Positions 21,226-32,320 of a stretch of 64,000 nucleotides of DNA are shown here, in pieces (the stretch's first letter is position 1; every line of letters begins with the position of its first letter). The translations under genes and the position numbers were made by a program. Origin of the DNA: Polyangiaceae bacterium (lineage in GTDB: Bacteria; Myxococcota_A; Polyangia; Polyangiales; Polyangiaceae). The notes below the pieces were generated by a model, which did not search any database, was not told the DNA's origin, and saw only the letters and a list, made by a program, of their open reading frames with translations. Where the stretch lies: contig JBNKBE010000011.1 of the NCBI GenBank assembly GCA_050287085.1, positions 128,001 to 192,000 on the forward strand, in the 5' to 3' direction.

Positions 21226-23757
21226 ATGAGCCACGACTTCACCCAAGACGACTCCCCGCCACAGTCCATGTTGCCCGCATTCGGCGCCCGCACCGGGATG
21301 TCGGCCCCCGTACTGAAACGGGCTACTCTCGATCATCTCCACTACACTCTGGGACGCGACGTAGAAGACACAACTCCGGGGGACCTCTACGCTGCCCTGG
21401 CCCTAGCCATTCGCGATCGGTTGGTACACCGTTGGCTCTCGACGGAACGAGCGTACGAGGAGGGCAACGTCAAGCGAGCCTTCTATCTGTCGAGCGAATT
21501 CCTCGTCGGACGTAGCCTCCGCCTATGCCTACTGAACCTTGGGTTGGAGGAAGTGGCCGATCGTGTGCTGCGAGAGCGCGGCAGCAACCTCGAGGAAGTG
21601 GAGCAGCAGGAACTCGACCCCGGGCTTGGCAACGGCGGCTTGGGACGTCTAGCCGCGTGCTTCATGGACTCCCTCGCCACGCTGCAATACCCGGCTCGTG
21701 GCTACGGCATTCGGTATCGGTACGGCATCTTCGAGCAGTTGATCGAGGATGGCTATCAGGTCGAACGCCGCGATGACTGGCTGAGACGACCGAATCCTTG
21801 GGACCTTCCGCGCCACGATCTGGAACAGAAGGTCCGGTTCTTCGGACGAACCGAAACCCGCAAGGACGAACAAGGCAACCTGATCATCGAGTGGCTCGAG
21901 ACGAAAGACGTCGTGGGAGTCCCGTACGACTCGTTCATCGTCGGGCACGAAACCAATACCGTCAACACGCTACGCCTCTGGGACGCTCACGCCACGCTCG
22001 ACTTCGATCTGAAGCTCTTCAACGCTGGGGACTACAGGCGCGCAGTCGAAGAGAAAATGGACTCGGAGAACATTTCCAAGGTGTTGTATCCGATGGACCA
22101 TACACCCGAAGGCAAGTTGCTGCGTCTCAAGCAACAATACTTCTTCGTGGCCTGCTCGATCGCAGACATCATTCGTGAGTTCAAGGAGCAGAACGAGAAC
22201 TTCCACGCGTTTCCGGACAAGGTAGCAATCCAGCTCAATGACACGCATCCTGCGATAGCTGTTGCCGAACTCATGCGCATCTTCGTCGACGACGAACATC
22301 TCCCCTGGGACTTTGCTTGGAGCCTGGTCCAAAGGACGTTCGGCTATACCAATCATACGCTGTTGCCGGAGGCTCTCGAGAAGTGGCCAGTTTGGATGTT
22401 CGAACTGCTGCTTCCACGACATCTGTTGGTTATCTACGAGATCAATAGACGCTTCCTCCGACAGGTGGAGATTCGTTGGCCTGGCGATGTAGAACGGCTG
22501 CGCAAACTGTCCATTATCGAGGAAGGCGCCGAACGACAGGTCCGCATGGCTCACCTCGCTACCATCGCATCCTCGAGCGTTAACGGGGTAGCAAGGCTGC
22601 ATACCGAGCTCATCAAGTCCGATCTGATGCCGGAATTCTACGAGCTCTTTCCCGAACGGTTCAACAACAAGACCAACGGCGTGACCCCACGACGCTGGGT
22701 ACTCAGCGCGAACCCAGATCTGTCTCGCGAGATCACGGCGCGCATCGGCGAAGAATGGATAATCTCTGACTTCTCAAACATCGTACGACTGCGCGAGTTC
22801 GTGAGCGACCGGTCAACGCTCGAAGCGTTCACCCAGGTTAAGCAGATCAACAAAGAACGGCTGTGTCGCGTGATCGCGGACACCACGGGCACATACACGT
22901 CACCGAACTCGATGTTTGTTGTTCACGTGAAACGCATCCACGAGTACAAGCGGCAACTGCTCGCGATTCTGGGAGTCATTGCTCTCTATATTAAGGAGCG
23001 CAACAGTCCCACTGAGGCTTTCACGCCGCGCACCTACGTGTTTGCGGGCAAGGCCGCGCCTGGGTATGCGATCGCCAAGTTGCATATCAAGCTCATCAAC
23101 GCTGTGGCGGAGGTGATCAACAACGACCCGGAGCTGCACAATCGCATCAAGGTCGTGTTCATCCCCAACTACAGCGTGTCGCTAGCCGAACGGATCATTC
23201 CCGCTGCCGATCTATCCGTCCAAATATCCCTGGCTGGCAAAGAGGCCTCCGGCACCGGCAATATGAAGTTCGCGATGAACGGGGCACTGACGATCGGGAC
23301 GCTCGACGGAGCGAACGTGGAAATCCACGAGGAGGTCGGCGACGAAAATTTCTATCTTTTCGGGATGCGAGTTGCCGAAGTCAGGAAGTTGCAGCAGCGA
23401 GGTTACAACCCGTCGGTCTTCATTGAGCAGTGTCCCGACCTCAAAGCTGCCATTGAACTGATCGAGTCAGAGCTGTTTAGCCCCGATGAACCCGGTATTT
23501 TTCGACAGATCACGGACTCCCTGCGCTACCACGATCCCTACATGGTGTGTGCGGACTTCCAGTCTTATGCGGATACTGAGGCGCGTGCCGCTCTAGACTA
23601 CCAAGATACCGTGGATTGGGCCCGCCGCGCATTGTTGAACATCGCGGGCTCAGCCCGCTTCTCCAGTGACGAGACTATTCACGCCTACGCCCGCGAGATC
23701 TGGAAGCTGCAGCCGGTACACGTCGATCTAGGCGAAGACGATCACCTGATGCGGTAG
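21226..23757 (+). CDS. glgP: Glycogen/alpha-glucan phosphorylase
   Basis: GLGNGGLGRLAACF, LNDTHP, KRIHEYKRQ, EASGTGNMKF. Confidence 0.96.
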   Translation: MSHDFTQDDSPPQSMLPAFGARTGMSAPVLKRATLDHLHYTLGRDVEDTTPGDLYAALALAIRDRLVHRWLSTERAYEEGNVKRAFYLSSEFLVGRSLRLCLLNLGLEEVADRVLRERGSNLEEVEQQELDPGLGNGGLGRLAACFMDSLATLQYPARGYGIRYRYGIFEQLIEDGYQVERRDDWLRRPNPWDLPRHDLEQKVRFFGRTETRKDEQGNLIIEWLETKDVVGVPYDSFIVGHETNTVNTLRLWDAHATLDFDLKLFNAGDYRRAVEEKMDSENISKVLYPMDHTPEGKLLRLKQQYFFVACSIADIIREFKEQNENFHAFPDKVAIQLNDTHPAIAVAELMRIFVDDEHLPWDFAWSLVQRTFGYTNHTLLPEALEKWPVWMFELLLPRHLLVIYEINRRFLRQVEIRWPGDVERLRKLSIIEEGAERQVRMAHLATIASSSVNGVARLHTELIKSDLMPEFYELFPERFNNKTNGVTPRRWVLSANPDLSREITARIGEEWIISDFSNIVRLREFVSDRSTLEAFTQVKQINKERLCRVIADTTGTYTSPNSMFVVHVKRIHEYKRQLLAILGVIALYIKERNSPTEAFTPRTYVFAGKAAPGYAIAKLHIKLINAVAEVINNDPELHNRIKVVFIPNYSVSLAERIIPAADLSVQISLAGKEASGTGNMKFAMNGALTIGTLDGANVEIHEEVGDENFYLFGMRVAEVRKLQQRGYNPSVFIEQCPDLKAAIELIESELFSPDEPGIFRQITDSLRYHDPYMVCADFQSYADTEARAALDYQDTVDWARRALLNIAGSARFSSDETIHAYAREIWKLQPVHVDLGEDDHLMR

Positions 23758-23904
23758 GGTATGCACACCTCGAAAGTGTGCACTTCCGGGGTGTTCACTT
23801 CCGATGTACATGGAGCTGGCCGCGGATCTGCCGCCAACTGGCACCCCGGGTTGGGCTCTGGTGGACGTCGCCGTCTGCGTCTATTCCTGATGCTAGCAAT
23901 GCCT

Positions 23905-24001
23905 GCCGCAGTGCCCTGAGCCGCGGTGCCCTGAGCCGCGGTGTCCTGAGCCGCGGTGTCCTGAGCCGCGGTGCCCTGAGCTGCGGTGTCCTGAGCTGCG
24001 G
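23905..24001. repeat. 15-bp tandem repeat, about 6.5 copies (GCYGCRGTGYCCTGA)
   Basis: Read directly in the intergenic region after glgP. Confidence 0.9.
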
Positions 24002-24191
24002 GGGGCACCCGCTGCTTCGGCGGCCGAGTCGTGGCGGGGTCTGCGCAATTTCCGCGCGAAGTGTCTCGCTTGCCCCACGAGCGGACCCCGAGCCGGAGAG
24101 CGGACGGCCGCAGCTCGACGCCATTGCACCACGGCCCATTGCATTTCTGCGCCGTGGGTGCTGCGATGTTTGGGTGCCAACGCTCCCAAAC

Positions 24192-25313
24192 ATGTTCCCC
24201 AAGTGCGCGCCAAGGCCGCGAGTCGGGGGCATTGGGGGGATCGGCGTTGCGCTGGCATCGGCCTTGCTGTCAACCGCGGCAGCGGCCGGCGACTTAGCCG
24301 TTCGATACGAGGCTCCGGGGGGGTGCGGCTCCGCGAGAGCGGTTCGGGAACGAGTGCGGCGGGCGCTCCCTGAGCGGGAGTTTGCGTCTTTGACGGCAAC
24401 CATCGAAGTCAAGGCGGAGCCCGGCGGATATGGCATGGCTTTTCATGCCAGCGCTGGCAGCGCCGTCGTCGACAAGACACTGCACGTGGAATCTTGCGAA
24501 GCAGCCGTCGAAGCGGCCGCTCTGCTGCTGCTGCTAACGGTGGAGGAAGCACCGTCCGCGTCAGACGCCGTCGGAGCGGGCGCAAGTGGCGCCCCAGAGA
24601 AGCCCCCCGTCGCTACGGGCCAGACCCCCGTCGCTACGGGCCAGACCCCCGTCGCCGCGGGCCAGACCCCGACCCCAGCAACTCCCACCAAAGCGGACGC
24701 CACTGACCCGAGCCTTCGGCGCGCACCGGCGCCTCTCGACGACCTCACTGCAGATGTCTCCACCGCCAGTCGCAGCTCCTCGCTAGAGGCCCTCGCGCTG
24801 GAGCTCGACGTGGGAGTTCAGGGCGCTTCGGGGCTGAGCCCCGGCTGGTCTCCGCTGGGGCGTTTGGAACTCGCGGTCGACGTAGAAAACCTCCGCATCA
24901 GCCTTGCGGGGGGCTGGGGACTGGAGCGCCAGACCGCGATTGAGGGGAGCTCTGGCCTTGCTCTCCGCTGGTCTGAGATACGGGCAGAGGGAAACCTCGG
25001 CTGGACTTTGCGCCGCGGTCCGTGGCGCCTGACCTCGCTGGTGGGGCTCGGTTGGTTGCGGCTGAGTGCGATCCCGGTCAATACATCAACTCCAGCGTCC
25101 GGAGCTACCGGATGGTTGTATATCCCCGTAGGTCTGCTGGCTTCCAGGAGCATTGGGAAGCACGTGGGTATCTTTGGGCGCCTCGCGGGGGAAATCAGTT
25201 TGGAACGGCCAAAGTATGAGATCGGGGGTCTTGTAGCACCCGCGCACACCCCAAACCCCCTAGGACTCGCACTGGGTCTGGGAGTGCGTTTGAGCTGGGG
25301 AGAGCACGACTAG
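24192..25313 (+). CDS. Secreted protein with probable C-terminal outer-membrane beta-barrel-like domain
   Basis: Signal peptide, Cys pair N-domain, PVATGQT x3 linker (21-bp repeat), amphipathic beta strands ending GLGVRLSW. Confidence 0.6.
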   Translation: MFPKCAPRPRVGGIGGIGVALASALLSTAAAAGDLAVRYEAPGGCGSARAVRERVRRALPEREFASLTATIEVKAEPGGYGMAFHASAGSAVVDKTLHVESCEAAVEAAALLLLLTVEEAPSASDAVGAGASGAPEKPPVATGQTPVATGQTPVAAGQTPTPATPTKADATDPSLRRAPAPLDDLTADVSTASRSSSLEALALELDVGVQGASGLSPGWSPLGRLELAVDVENLRISLAGGWGLERQTAIEGSSGLALRWSEIRAEGNLGWTLRRGPWRLTSLVGLGWLRLSAIPVNTSTPASGATGWLYIPVGLLASRSIGKHVGIFGRLAGEISLERPKYEIGGLVAPAHTPNPLGLALGLGVRLSWGEHD

Positions 25314-25418
25314 ATGCAGGCCATATCATTCGAAATGGGTCACCTGCTGCAGGGTATTCGCGCCCTTTTTTCGACCTCTTTCACGGAATCATCCGTTGCC
25401 GGCCACTGGATATGTTGG

Positions 25419-26009
25419 ATGGCATTGCCGGCTCGCCCGGCTCCTGATCCGTCGGGCGACGCAGGTAGCGCCGCCCAAGGACCCGAGGAGTCCCCTGATC
25501 ATGTTTCCTTCGAACAAGTCTACAGCGAATGTTTCGACTTTGTGTGGCGCGCAGCCCGAGGCATGGGCATGTCGGGCGCCGCAGCCGAGGACGTCGTTCA
25601 GGACGTGTTCGTGGTGGTACATCGCAGACTCGACTCGCTCGAAAACCCAGCCGCGCTACGGAGCTGGCTCTTTGGGATCACCCGCCGCGTCGTCAAGGAC
25701 CATCGCCGCGCCGCCACACGGCGCGGCCCTCATGTTGAGCTCGACGCAGAGCGTGCAGGCGAAAGTGGCCCCGACCCCCAGCGGGTCGTTTCTGGGCAAC
25801 AAGCACTCGGTCTCCTTCAAAGATACGTCGAGGGCTTCGACGAGGATCGTAAAGCTCTGTTCTTCTTGGCCTTCATTGAAGAGCTGCCCATCGTCCAAGT
25901 TGCCGAAGCGCTGGGGGACAACGTGAATACCGTCTACTCAAGAGTCAGGGCACTCAAACGCGACCTGGCAGCCGCGCTGGCTGATGACCCAACGTCGGAG
26001 AAGCCATGA
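25419..26009 (+). CDS. ECF RNA polymerase sigma-70 factor
   Basis: FDFVWR, AEDVVQDVFVVVHRRL, LRSWLFGI, NTVYSRV. Confidence 0.9.
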   Translation: MALPARPAPDPSGDAGSAAQGPEESPDHVSFEQVYSECFDFVWRAARGMGMSGAAAEDVVQDVFVVVHRRLDSLENPAALRSWLFGITRRVVKDHRRAATRRGPHVELDAERAGESGPDPQRVVSGQQALGLLQRYVEGFDEDRKALFFLAFIEELPIVQVAEALGDNVNTVYSRVRALKRDLAAALADDPTSEKP

Positions 26010-26830
26010 AGAATCTCGACGAAGCACTGGCTCAGCTCCGCGAAGAGTACAGCCCCGACTCAGGCGCCAAGGACCGGGTTAAGGCGTCACTTGCCGGGCT
26101 GATTGCCGCCAGCCAAACGGGCATGGAATCGTCGCCGGAAACGTTGCCCAACGCAAACACGCCAGCGGGCGCCGAAAGTGGTATCGGGACCGGCGCGGCA
26201 GAGGCGACGCGCATTGGGAGCACCCTGGGCGTCAAGGCGCTCAAGCTGGGAGCTTTGCTGGGGCTCGGCACCACGCTGGCCGTGGTGGGCGTCAAGCTCT
26301 GGTCCTCAGGTGAAGACACAACGGCCAACTCTCAGCAGGCTCAGACGCTGACCACTCCTGAGCAGCCCCTCGCTGCCCCCCTTCCCCAAGTGCCCCCAGC
26401 TGAGGCCGCTCCTGCGGAGGACAAGGCATCGACGGCACACGACGGCGCGGAAGCGGCCGCCGCAGCAGCGCTGCCCGAGCGCTCTTTCGCAAAGCCGCCC
26501 TCTGGAAAGGCGGTCAAGAGTCGTCGCCGACAGACGACTGCGAAGTCGACGGATTCCACGGGCAAGACGCCCGAAATGCTCGCTGAAATTCGCCTACTGC
26601 GAGCCGCTTCGAACGCCGTGCGCTCCGGAAAACAAGACGAAGCCCGCCACCTGCTTGCTCAGCACAGGCGACAGTATCCAAACAGCCAACTGGGTGCTGA
26701 GCGGCGCGGTCTCAGTTTGCTGCTAGACTGCACGAGCAGCAGCCAGGGACGCGCACGTGCCCGGCGCTTCCTAGCCGACCATCCGCGCTCGCCCGTTGCC
26801 GAGAAGATCCGCAAACAGTGCCTGGAATGA
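26006..26830 (+). CDS. Putative transmembrane anti-sigma factor with C-terminal TPR-like helices
   Basis: ATGA overlap with sigma; TM helix, Pro/Ala linker, LAEIRLLRAA..YPNSQL.AER..FLADHPRSP. Confidence 0.7.
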   Translation: MKNLDEALAQLREEYSPDSGAKDRVKASLAGLIAASQTGMESSPETLPNANTPAGAESGIGTGAAEATRIGSTLGVKALKLGALLGLGTTLAVVGVKLWSSGEDTTANSQQAQTLTTPEQPLAAPLPQVPPAEAAPAEDKASTAHDGAEAAAAAALPERSFAKPPSGKAVKSRRRQTTAKSTDSTGKTPEMLAEIRLLRAASNAVRSGKQDEARHLLAQHRRQYPNSQLGAERRGLSLLLDCTSSSQGRARARRFLADHPRSPVAEKIRKQCLE

Positions 26831-27300
26831 TGTTGCCCCTTTGCCACCGCCATCTTCGTTGGATGGGCCTTGCGCTCCTCGTCGCGTGTTCACGAGACGT
26901 TTCGCTCGGCGAAAACGTGCCGGCTCAGACCACACCTCCTGCCGCGACTTCGGAAGGCTCGCCGCCCAACGCGGCACCTACGCAGTCGCCCTCGGACGAC
27001 GACGAGCCCGGAATGTCTACCGATGACGAGGCAGACGCTGAAGACGCGGGCGCTAGCGCGACCCCTCCGTCGAGCACCGGCGACGACACCAACGCAGCGG
27101 GCGCCAGTGACGTCGATGATGTCGACTCAGATGACTCCGACACGCTAGACAGAGACGATGCAGAGCTCGGTGAGGATAACGACCTGCTCGAGGGGCCCGA
27201 CGAAGCGGATGAACCCGCCGATGGCCTCACCGACTCAGACGATGCTACAGACGCCGGAGCCGATGAGGCCGACGCCGCAGAGCCCGAAGTCGAGCCCTAG
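26827..27300 (+). CDS. Acidic low-complexity lipoprotein
   Basis: LLVAC lipobox, Asp/Glu-rich tail, ATGA overlap with the previous gene. Confidence 0.6.
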   Translation: MMLPLCHRHLRWMGLALLVACSRDVSLGENVPAQTTPPAATSEGSPPNAAPTQSPSDDDEPGMSTDDEADAEDAGASATPPSSTGDDTNAAGASDVDDVDSDDSDTLDRDDAELGEDNDLLEGPDEADEPADGLTDSDDATDAGADEADAAEPEVEP

Positions 27301-28054
27301 GCGGCGTCGGCTAGTCCACAATTGAGCTCTCGAGTCGGCTGATGCCCGACGCGGAACCGTGCTGCACCCCCAAACCGTGCTGCGGCGCTCCGCCGCTCAG
27401 GTAGCCGCGCCGCCCGCGACGAGGGGCAACCCCAACAACACATGGATACCCAGGCTCGCTGAGCGATCGCCTTCGCGTGTCATGACAATCGCCGGACTGC
27501 GCAGCCATTCGAGGAGGGCGGAGACGAGCCCGAGCGCCACAGAGCACGACGATCGGCCGAGGTGGTATGGCTTTCCCATTCGCGAGCCTCAGGCTCGTAC
27601 AGTAGCCGAGTAAGGCGAACACCTACAACGGGCGCCATCATTGTCGCTTTCAGGTTACGAACCTTGTCAGTGCTGCGGCCTTGTGCGGTTCGGCCACCGT
27701 CCCCCAACTCTATTCACCTAAACGCGATATCGGACGTGATTGGACAAGTTCGATCTCCCTGTGCCGCGCACAAACACGCCCAACAACACAGTTCGCAGGA
27801 CAAGGGAGCCGACGCCAATGGGAGCGTTCTGTATCGCAGCGCGCCAGAAAGCACGTTTGCCGTTTCTCAATGCACCACGCGCGCCCCAAGACAGTCCCGT
27901 TCTGAGTCGCTTGGTGCGATCTAGTCGCGACTAATTGAGAAGCGCTCACAGATCAACAGCCCAGGGCCACTGCCTAGTCAAAGCCGATGCGCGCAACAGG
28001 GAGCGCCCATTGGCGAAGAGCTGAACCCTGACTTCCCGTTCCGGAGACCACTCA

Positions 28055-28648
<594 letters not shown>

Positions 28649-28884
28649 GCGCAGCGTCCGGTGTGCGCCCTCGAGTTCCCGCTGGAACTTGAAAGCCTCA
28701 ACGCGACGACGGACTCCAGGTGGAGTCCGTCGTTGCCGTTTGTGTGTCCAGCATAGCCTTCGCGCTTAGGGCGCGCGGCTATGGGCGCGTTGGGAGTGTG
28801 GCACCGCATCGATACGAGGTGAACTCGGGACGCAGCTACTTGGGTAGAAAGGTCCGCCGCGAGCGACGGCCAGAGCCCCGTGTA

Positions 28885-29289
28885 TCAGTCAGCAGCAGGG
28901 ACGCGACCGGAAGCCAAGAGTGGCAACAGCTGCGCGCGGTGCGCGACACATAGGTAGGTCTCGAGCGCCACGAGCACTGCAACCATGCCCAACGAAGGCG
29001 CCAGCAACCAATGGAAGAGCGCGATGTTGACGATGATCGGGGCCAGTATGACAAGCGCGAGCGGAACTGCGCGACCCGCTAGTAGGAGCAGTCCGGCTAC
29101 GACCTCGACCGCCTTGAGTACTGGGAATAGATAGCCGGTCGCCGCTAGAGCTCCGACAAACGCCCCCGCAGCATCGGGCATGGGCGGCATGGGCATGAAC
29201 TGAAGAAAACCGTTCAAGCCAAAGACGAAAAAGATCAGGCCCAGGACGAGGCGAGCAGCGGTCGGCGCAATACGTTTGATAGCTTCCAT
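28885..29289 (-). CDS. DoxX family membrane protein
   Basis: ARLVLGLIFFVFGLNGF, TGYLFP, PIIVNIALFH; AAGGAG SD. Confidence 0.85.
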   Translation of the reverse strand: MEAIKRIAPTAARLVLGLIFFVFGLNGFLQFMPMPPMPDAAGAFVGALAATGYLFPVLKAVEVVAGLLLLAGRAVPLALVILAPIIVNIALFHWLLAPSLGMVAVLVALETYLCVAHRAQLLPLLASGRVPAAD

Positions 29290-29399
29290 AAGTCGGCTCC
29301 TTAAAAAGGGATGGCCCAGATTGTGGACCGCTTGCGCTTCCCCACAAGGAGGGTAGTGTGGCCTTCACTGTCCCAAATCTGGGATAGCCGGAGGCCTTC

Positions 29400-30323
29400 G
29401 TGACCGACGTCAACCTCGACAATGTTCGTATCTTCATGCACGTAGCTGACAGCGGCAGCGTCACCGCCGCCGCTAGGCGACTCGGGGTGCCCAAGAGCAC
29501 CGTTAGCCGGCGCTTGTCTGAGTTGGAGACAGCAGTCGGAGCTCGATTGGTTCATCGAACGACGCGCAGCCTGGCGCTGACATCCGCAGGCAAGCGCTAC
29601 TACGAACAGATCGCTGGCCCGGTCAAAGAGCTCGAAACGGCACTCCGCTCGCTGCATAGCCTCGACGCCAGCCCTCGCGGCACGCTGCGCATCACAACGC
29701 CAACGGATCTTGCCATTTCCGCCATGTTGCCGATGATGGAGTCGTTTCTGTCGACCTATCCCGAGGTGCAATTGGTCATTGTGCCCACGAGCCGCCGCGT
29801 CGACTTGATCGCCGAAGGCATCGACCTCGCCCTGCGCGGTGGTCCGCTCCCGGAAAGCACCTTGGTCGCGAGGCGACTGCTCAAGGGGCACTTCGAACTT
29901 CTCGCCAGCTCCGAATATCTGGCGCGCCGCGGAACGCCCCAAACCCCCGAGGACATCGAGCAACACGACTGCTTGATCTTCAGCGCTGACGCGCCCGTCC
30001 AGACTTGGCACCTGATCAGCGTCGAGCGAGAAGTGACCGTCACCGCGCGAGGTCGACTGGCCATGAACGACTTCGGTTCACTCACGCGGGCTTGTGTGGG
30101 AGGCGCGGGTATCGCGCTCCTGCCTCGTACGTGGCCACTGGCCGTGGGCGCCCCGGAAGGCCTGGTGCGTGTACTGCCTGGGTGGCATGGCGCAACAGCC
30201 GAGCTTCACGCCGTGTTTCCAAGCAGACAACAGCTGTCGCCCACGGTGCGCGCCTTCATCGACCACGCGACAGAGTACTTTCGCGACGTGCAAGGGGCGC
30301 TGCCCCCCCACGCCGCCGTCTGA
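29400..30323 (+). CDS. LysR family transcriptional regulator
   Basis: GSVTAAARRLGVPKSTVSRRLSELE..RTTRSLALT; VDLIAEGIDLALR; divergent from DoxX. Confidence 0.93.
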   Translation: MTDVNLDNVRIFMHVADSGSVTAAARRLGVPKSTVSRRLSELETAVGARLVHRTTRSLALTSAGKRYYEQIAGPVKELETALRSLHSLDASPRGTLRITTPTDLAISAMLPMMESFLSTYPEVQLVIVPTSRRVDLIAEGIDLALRGGPLPESTLVARRLLKGHFELLASSEYLARRGTPQTPEDIEQHDCLIFSADAPVQTWHLISVEREVTVTARGRLAMNDFGSLTRACVGGAGIALLPRTWPLAVGAPEGLVRVLPGWHGATAELHAVFPSRQQLSPTVRAFIDHATEYFRDVQGALPPHAAV

Positions 30324-30423
30324 GCATCGCCGTCTGAGCATCGCCGTCTGAGCACCGCCGTCTGAGCACCGCCGTCTGAGCACCGCCGTCTGAGCATCGC
30401 CGTCTGAGCATCGCCGTCTGAGC
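30314..30423. repeat. 14-bp tandem repeat, about 8 copies (CGCCGTCTGAGCAY)
   Basis: Read directly; first unit contains the LysR stop codon. Confidence 0.92.
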
Positions 30424-30532
30424 GCGATCGGCACGCCCCCTATCGCTACCTGCGGTCGCGGCCCCCTCCTATCGCTGCCTGCGATCGAACGGTGCAGCAC
30501 ATCGCAGCGCCTCCGCACATCGCAGCGCCTCG

Positions 30533-30946
30533 TCACGAGGTGCTCAGAAGTTCCGCCCCAAGCTTGGCCATCGCGATATCCTCTTCCTCGGACATTCCGC
30601 TCACACCCACTGCACCGGCGACGCCACCCCCGACGCAAACGGGAACACCGCCGCCCCACGTGACATAGCGGAGCTCACCGAAGTTCGTCAGCGGAAACCC
30701 CTCCCGCACTGCGGCTTCTCCCAGAGCCTTGGACTCGGCTCGTTCTCTAGCAGCCGTATAGGCTTTGTTGATAGCCACGGCGATGCAGGACAGCCGGCAG
30801 TCGTCCGTCCGCAGGAATGCAAGCAGCTCCCCGTGAGGATCAACAACGGCCACAGCCGCCCCCCGACCGTGACGCTCTAGCTCAATCTTGAGCGCCGCAA
30901 TGATTCGAAAGGCGTCGTCGTGTGAAAGCGAAGTACTGTTGAGCAT
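30533..30946 (-). CDS. GlcG/HbpS family heme-binding protein
   Basis: VAVVDPHG.L..F.R.D, A.NKAYTA, GGGVP, GAVGVSG..EED. Confidence 0.88.
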   Translation of the reverse strand: MLNSTSLSHDDAFRIIAALKIELERHGRGAAVAVVDPHGELLAFLRTDDCRLSCIAVAINKAYTAARERAESKALGEAAVREGFPLTNFGELRYVTWGGGVPVCVGGGVAGAVGVSGMSEEEDIAMAKLGAELLSTS

Positions 30947-31102
30947 GAGGTGATTCTAGGCGGCTCGGGCGAGCCCTGAGGACCTCATTGCACGGGCTCC
31001 GAGGCAGTCACTCGCTGGCAACGCGCAAATCCAACCCGGATGGCTGGTAAGTGGGCGGAACGGTCCCCCAACCTGGCCGTCGATTTTGAGTATAGTCCAC
31101 CC

Positions 31103-32200
31103 GTGAAACAGCGACCGCGCCTCGACTACCTGGATGGTCTGCGCGGCTTGGCCGCGACCTACGTCGTGATTTTCCATGCGGTGGGCTTCCACGCGGGGGA
31201 GTTCGACACCCTGGGAAAGGTGCTTCGGAAGCCCTGGCTGTTCGGGCACGAGGCCGTCGCAGTCTTCATCGTACTGTCCGGCTACTGCCTGATGCTCCCC
31301 ATCGCACGCTCGGATGACCAACGAATGCAGCGGTCGTTCGGGACCTATCTTCGACGCCGCGCCCAGCGCATCCTGCCGCCCTATTTCGTCGTACTCTTCG
31401 CGTCCATCGCCGCCATAGCCTTCATCCCGCTCATGAACGAGCGCACCGGAACGACGTGGGACGAGTCGTTTCCCGGCATAACGTGGGGACCCATCACAAG
31501 CCACGTGTTGTTGGTGCACAATTGGATGCCTGAGTACGCGACCCAAATCAACGGGCCGCTTTGGAGCGTGGCCAGCGAATGGCAGATCTACTTCCTACTG
31601 CCACTGCTCGTATGGGTGCGGCGGCAATGGGGTATTGCTGAACTGCTATCGTGCGCCGCTGTCATCGGCTACCTACCCGCCGTCTTCTTTCCGGAAGCCG
31701 CGGGAGCGGCAAACTCCTGGTACGTGCTTCTGTTTGCGATGGGTATGGCTGCCGCCGACATCAATTTCAGCTCGGACGCGCTGAGTCAACGTCTTGCGCG
31801 TTGGAATTGGACGCGCGTGGCCTCGCTGCTGTGGCTGGGCTTTGTCGTGCTCGGCGTGGGACTCGCCCGCTACTGGTTTCGCTCCAAACTGTTGAGCGAT
31901 CCCTATATGGGCGTCGCGACCGCCGCACTACTCATCACCCTAGGCTCCCAGTCGCACGCATCATCCCGACTTCGTCGTTTGCTTGACTCGCGCCCCTCTC
32001 AACTAATCGGGCGCTTTTCCTACAGTCTGTACCTCAGTCACTTGCCCGTTCTCGCTGCGACCTACGCGCTCAGTCGCGGGCTCCACCTCGACCCAGCAAG
32101 CAACCTCTTGTTCATGAGCAGCGTCGGGCTACTGGCAGCGTACGGCGTGGCACATCTCCTATACATCACCGTCGAGCAACGGTTCCTCAACGCGCGCTGA
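31103..32200 (+). CDS. Acyltransferase family 3 (OafA-like)
   Basis: LDGLRGLA..VVIFH, FIVLSGY, RRAQRILPPY, WSVASEWQIY, SYSLYLSH. Confidence 0.92.
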   Translation: MKQRPRLDYLDGLRGLAATYVVIFHAVGFHAGEFDTLGKVLRKPWLFGHEAVAVFIVLSGYCLMLPIARSDDQRMQRSFGTYLRRRAQRILPPYFVVLFASIAAIAFIPLMNERTGTTWDESFPGITWGPITSHVLLVHNWMPEYATQINGPLWSVASEWQIYFLLPLLVWVRRQWGIAELLSCAAVIGYLPAVFFPEAAGAANSWYVLLFAMGMAAADINFSSDALSQRLARWNWTRVASLLWLGFVVLGVGLARYWFRSKLLSDPYMGVATAALLITLGSQSHASSRLRRLLDSRPSQLIGRFSYSLYLSHLPVLAATYALSRGLHLDPASNLLFMSSVGLLAAYGVAHLLYITVEQRFLNAR

Positions 32201-32320
32201 CGAGCTCAGAGCGCCCGACGGAAGCTCTAATAGCCTAGAGGCCCGACGGATCACCGCGAGGAGCAACACATCAGGCCATTCCAGCGGCCGTCGCTCTCGC
32301 AGCGGCTTGGACAATCCGCG

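Noticed and set aside
23778..24191. N-terminal extension of the 511-aa ORF with ALSRG repeats
   Set aside because: Read-through of an intergenic tandem repeat; a signal peptide begins after ATG 24192
27311..27945. Gene or Fur-box-like site in the gap before 28055
   Set aside because: Only short hydrophobic fragments broken by stops; TTCTCAAT and ATTGAGAA half-sites are about 60 bp apart and do not form one box
30314..30423. CRISPR array or Neisseria DNA-uptake sequence (GCCGTCTGA)
   Set aside because: Units are contiguous with no spacers, no cas genes are present, the match to the uptake sequence is 9/10 and it is not dispersed through the window
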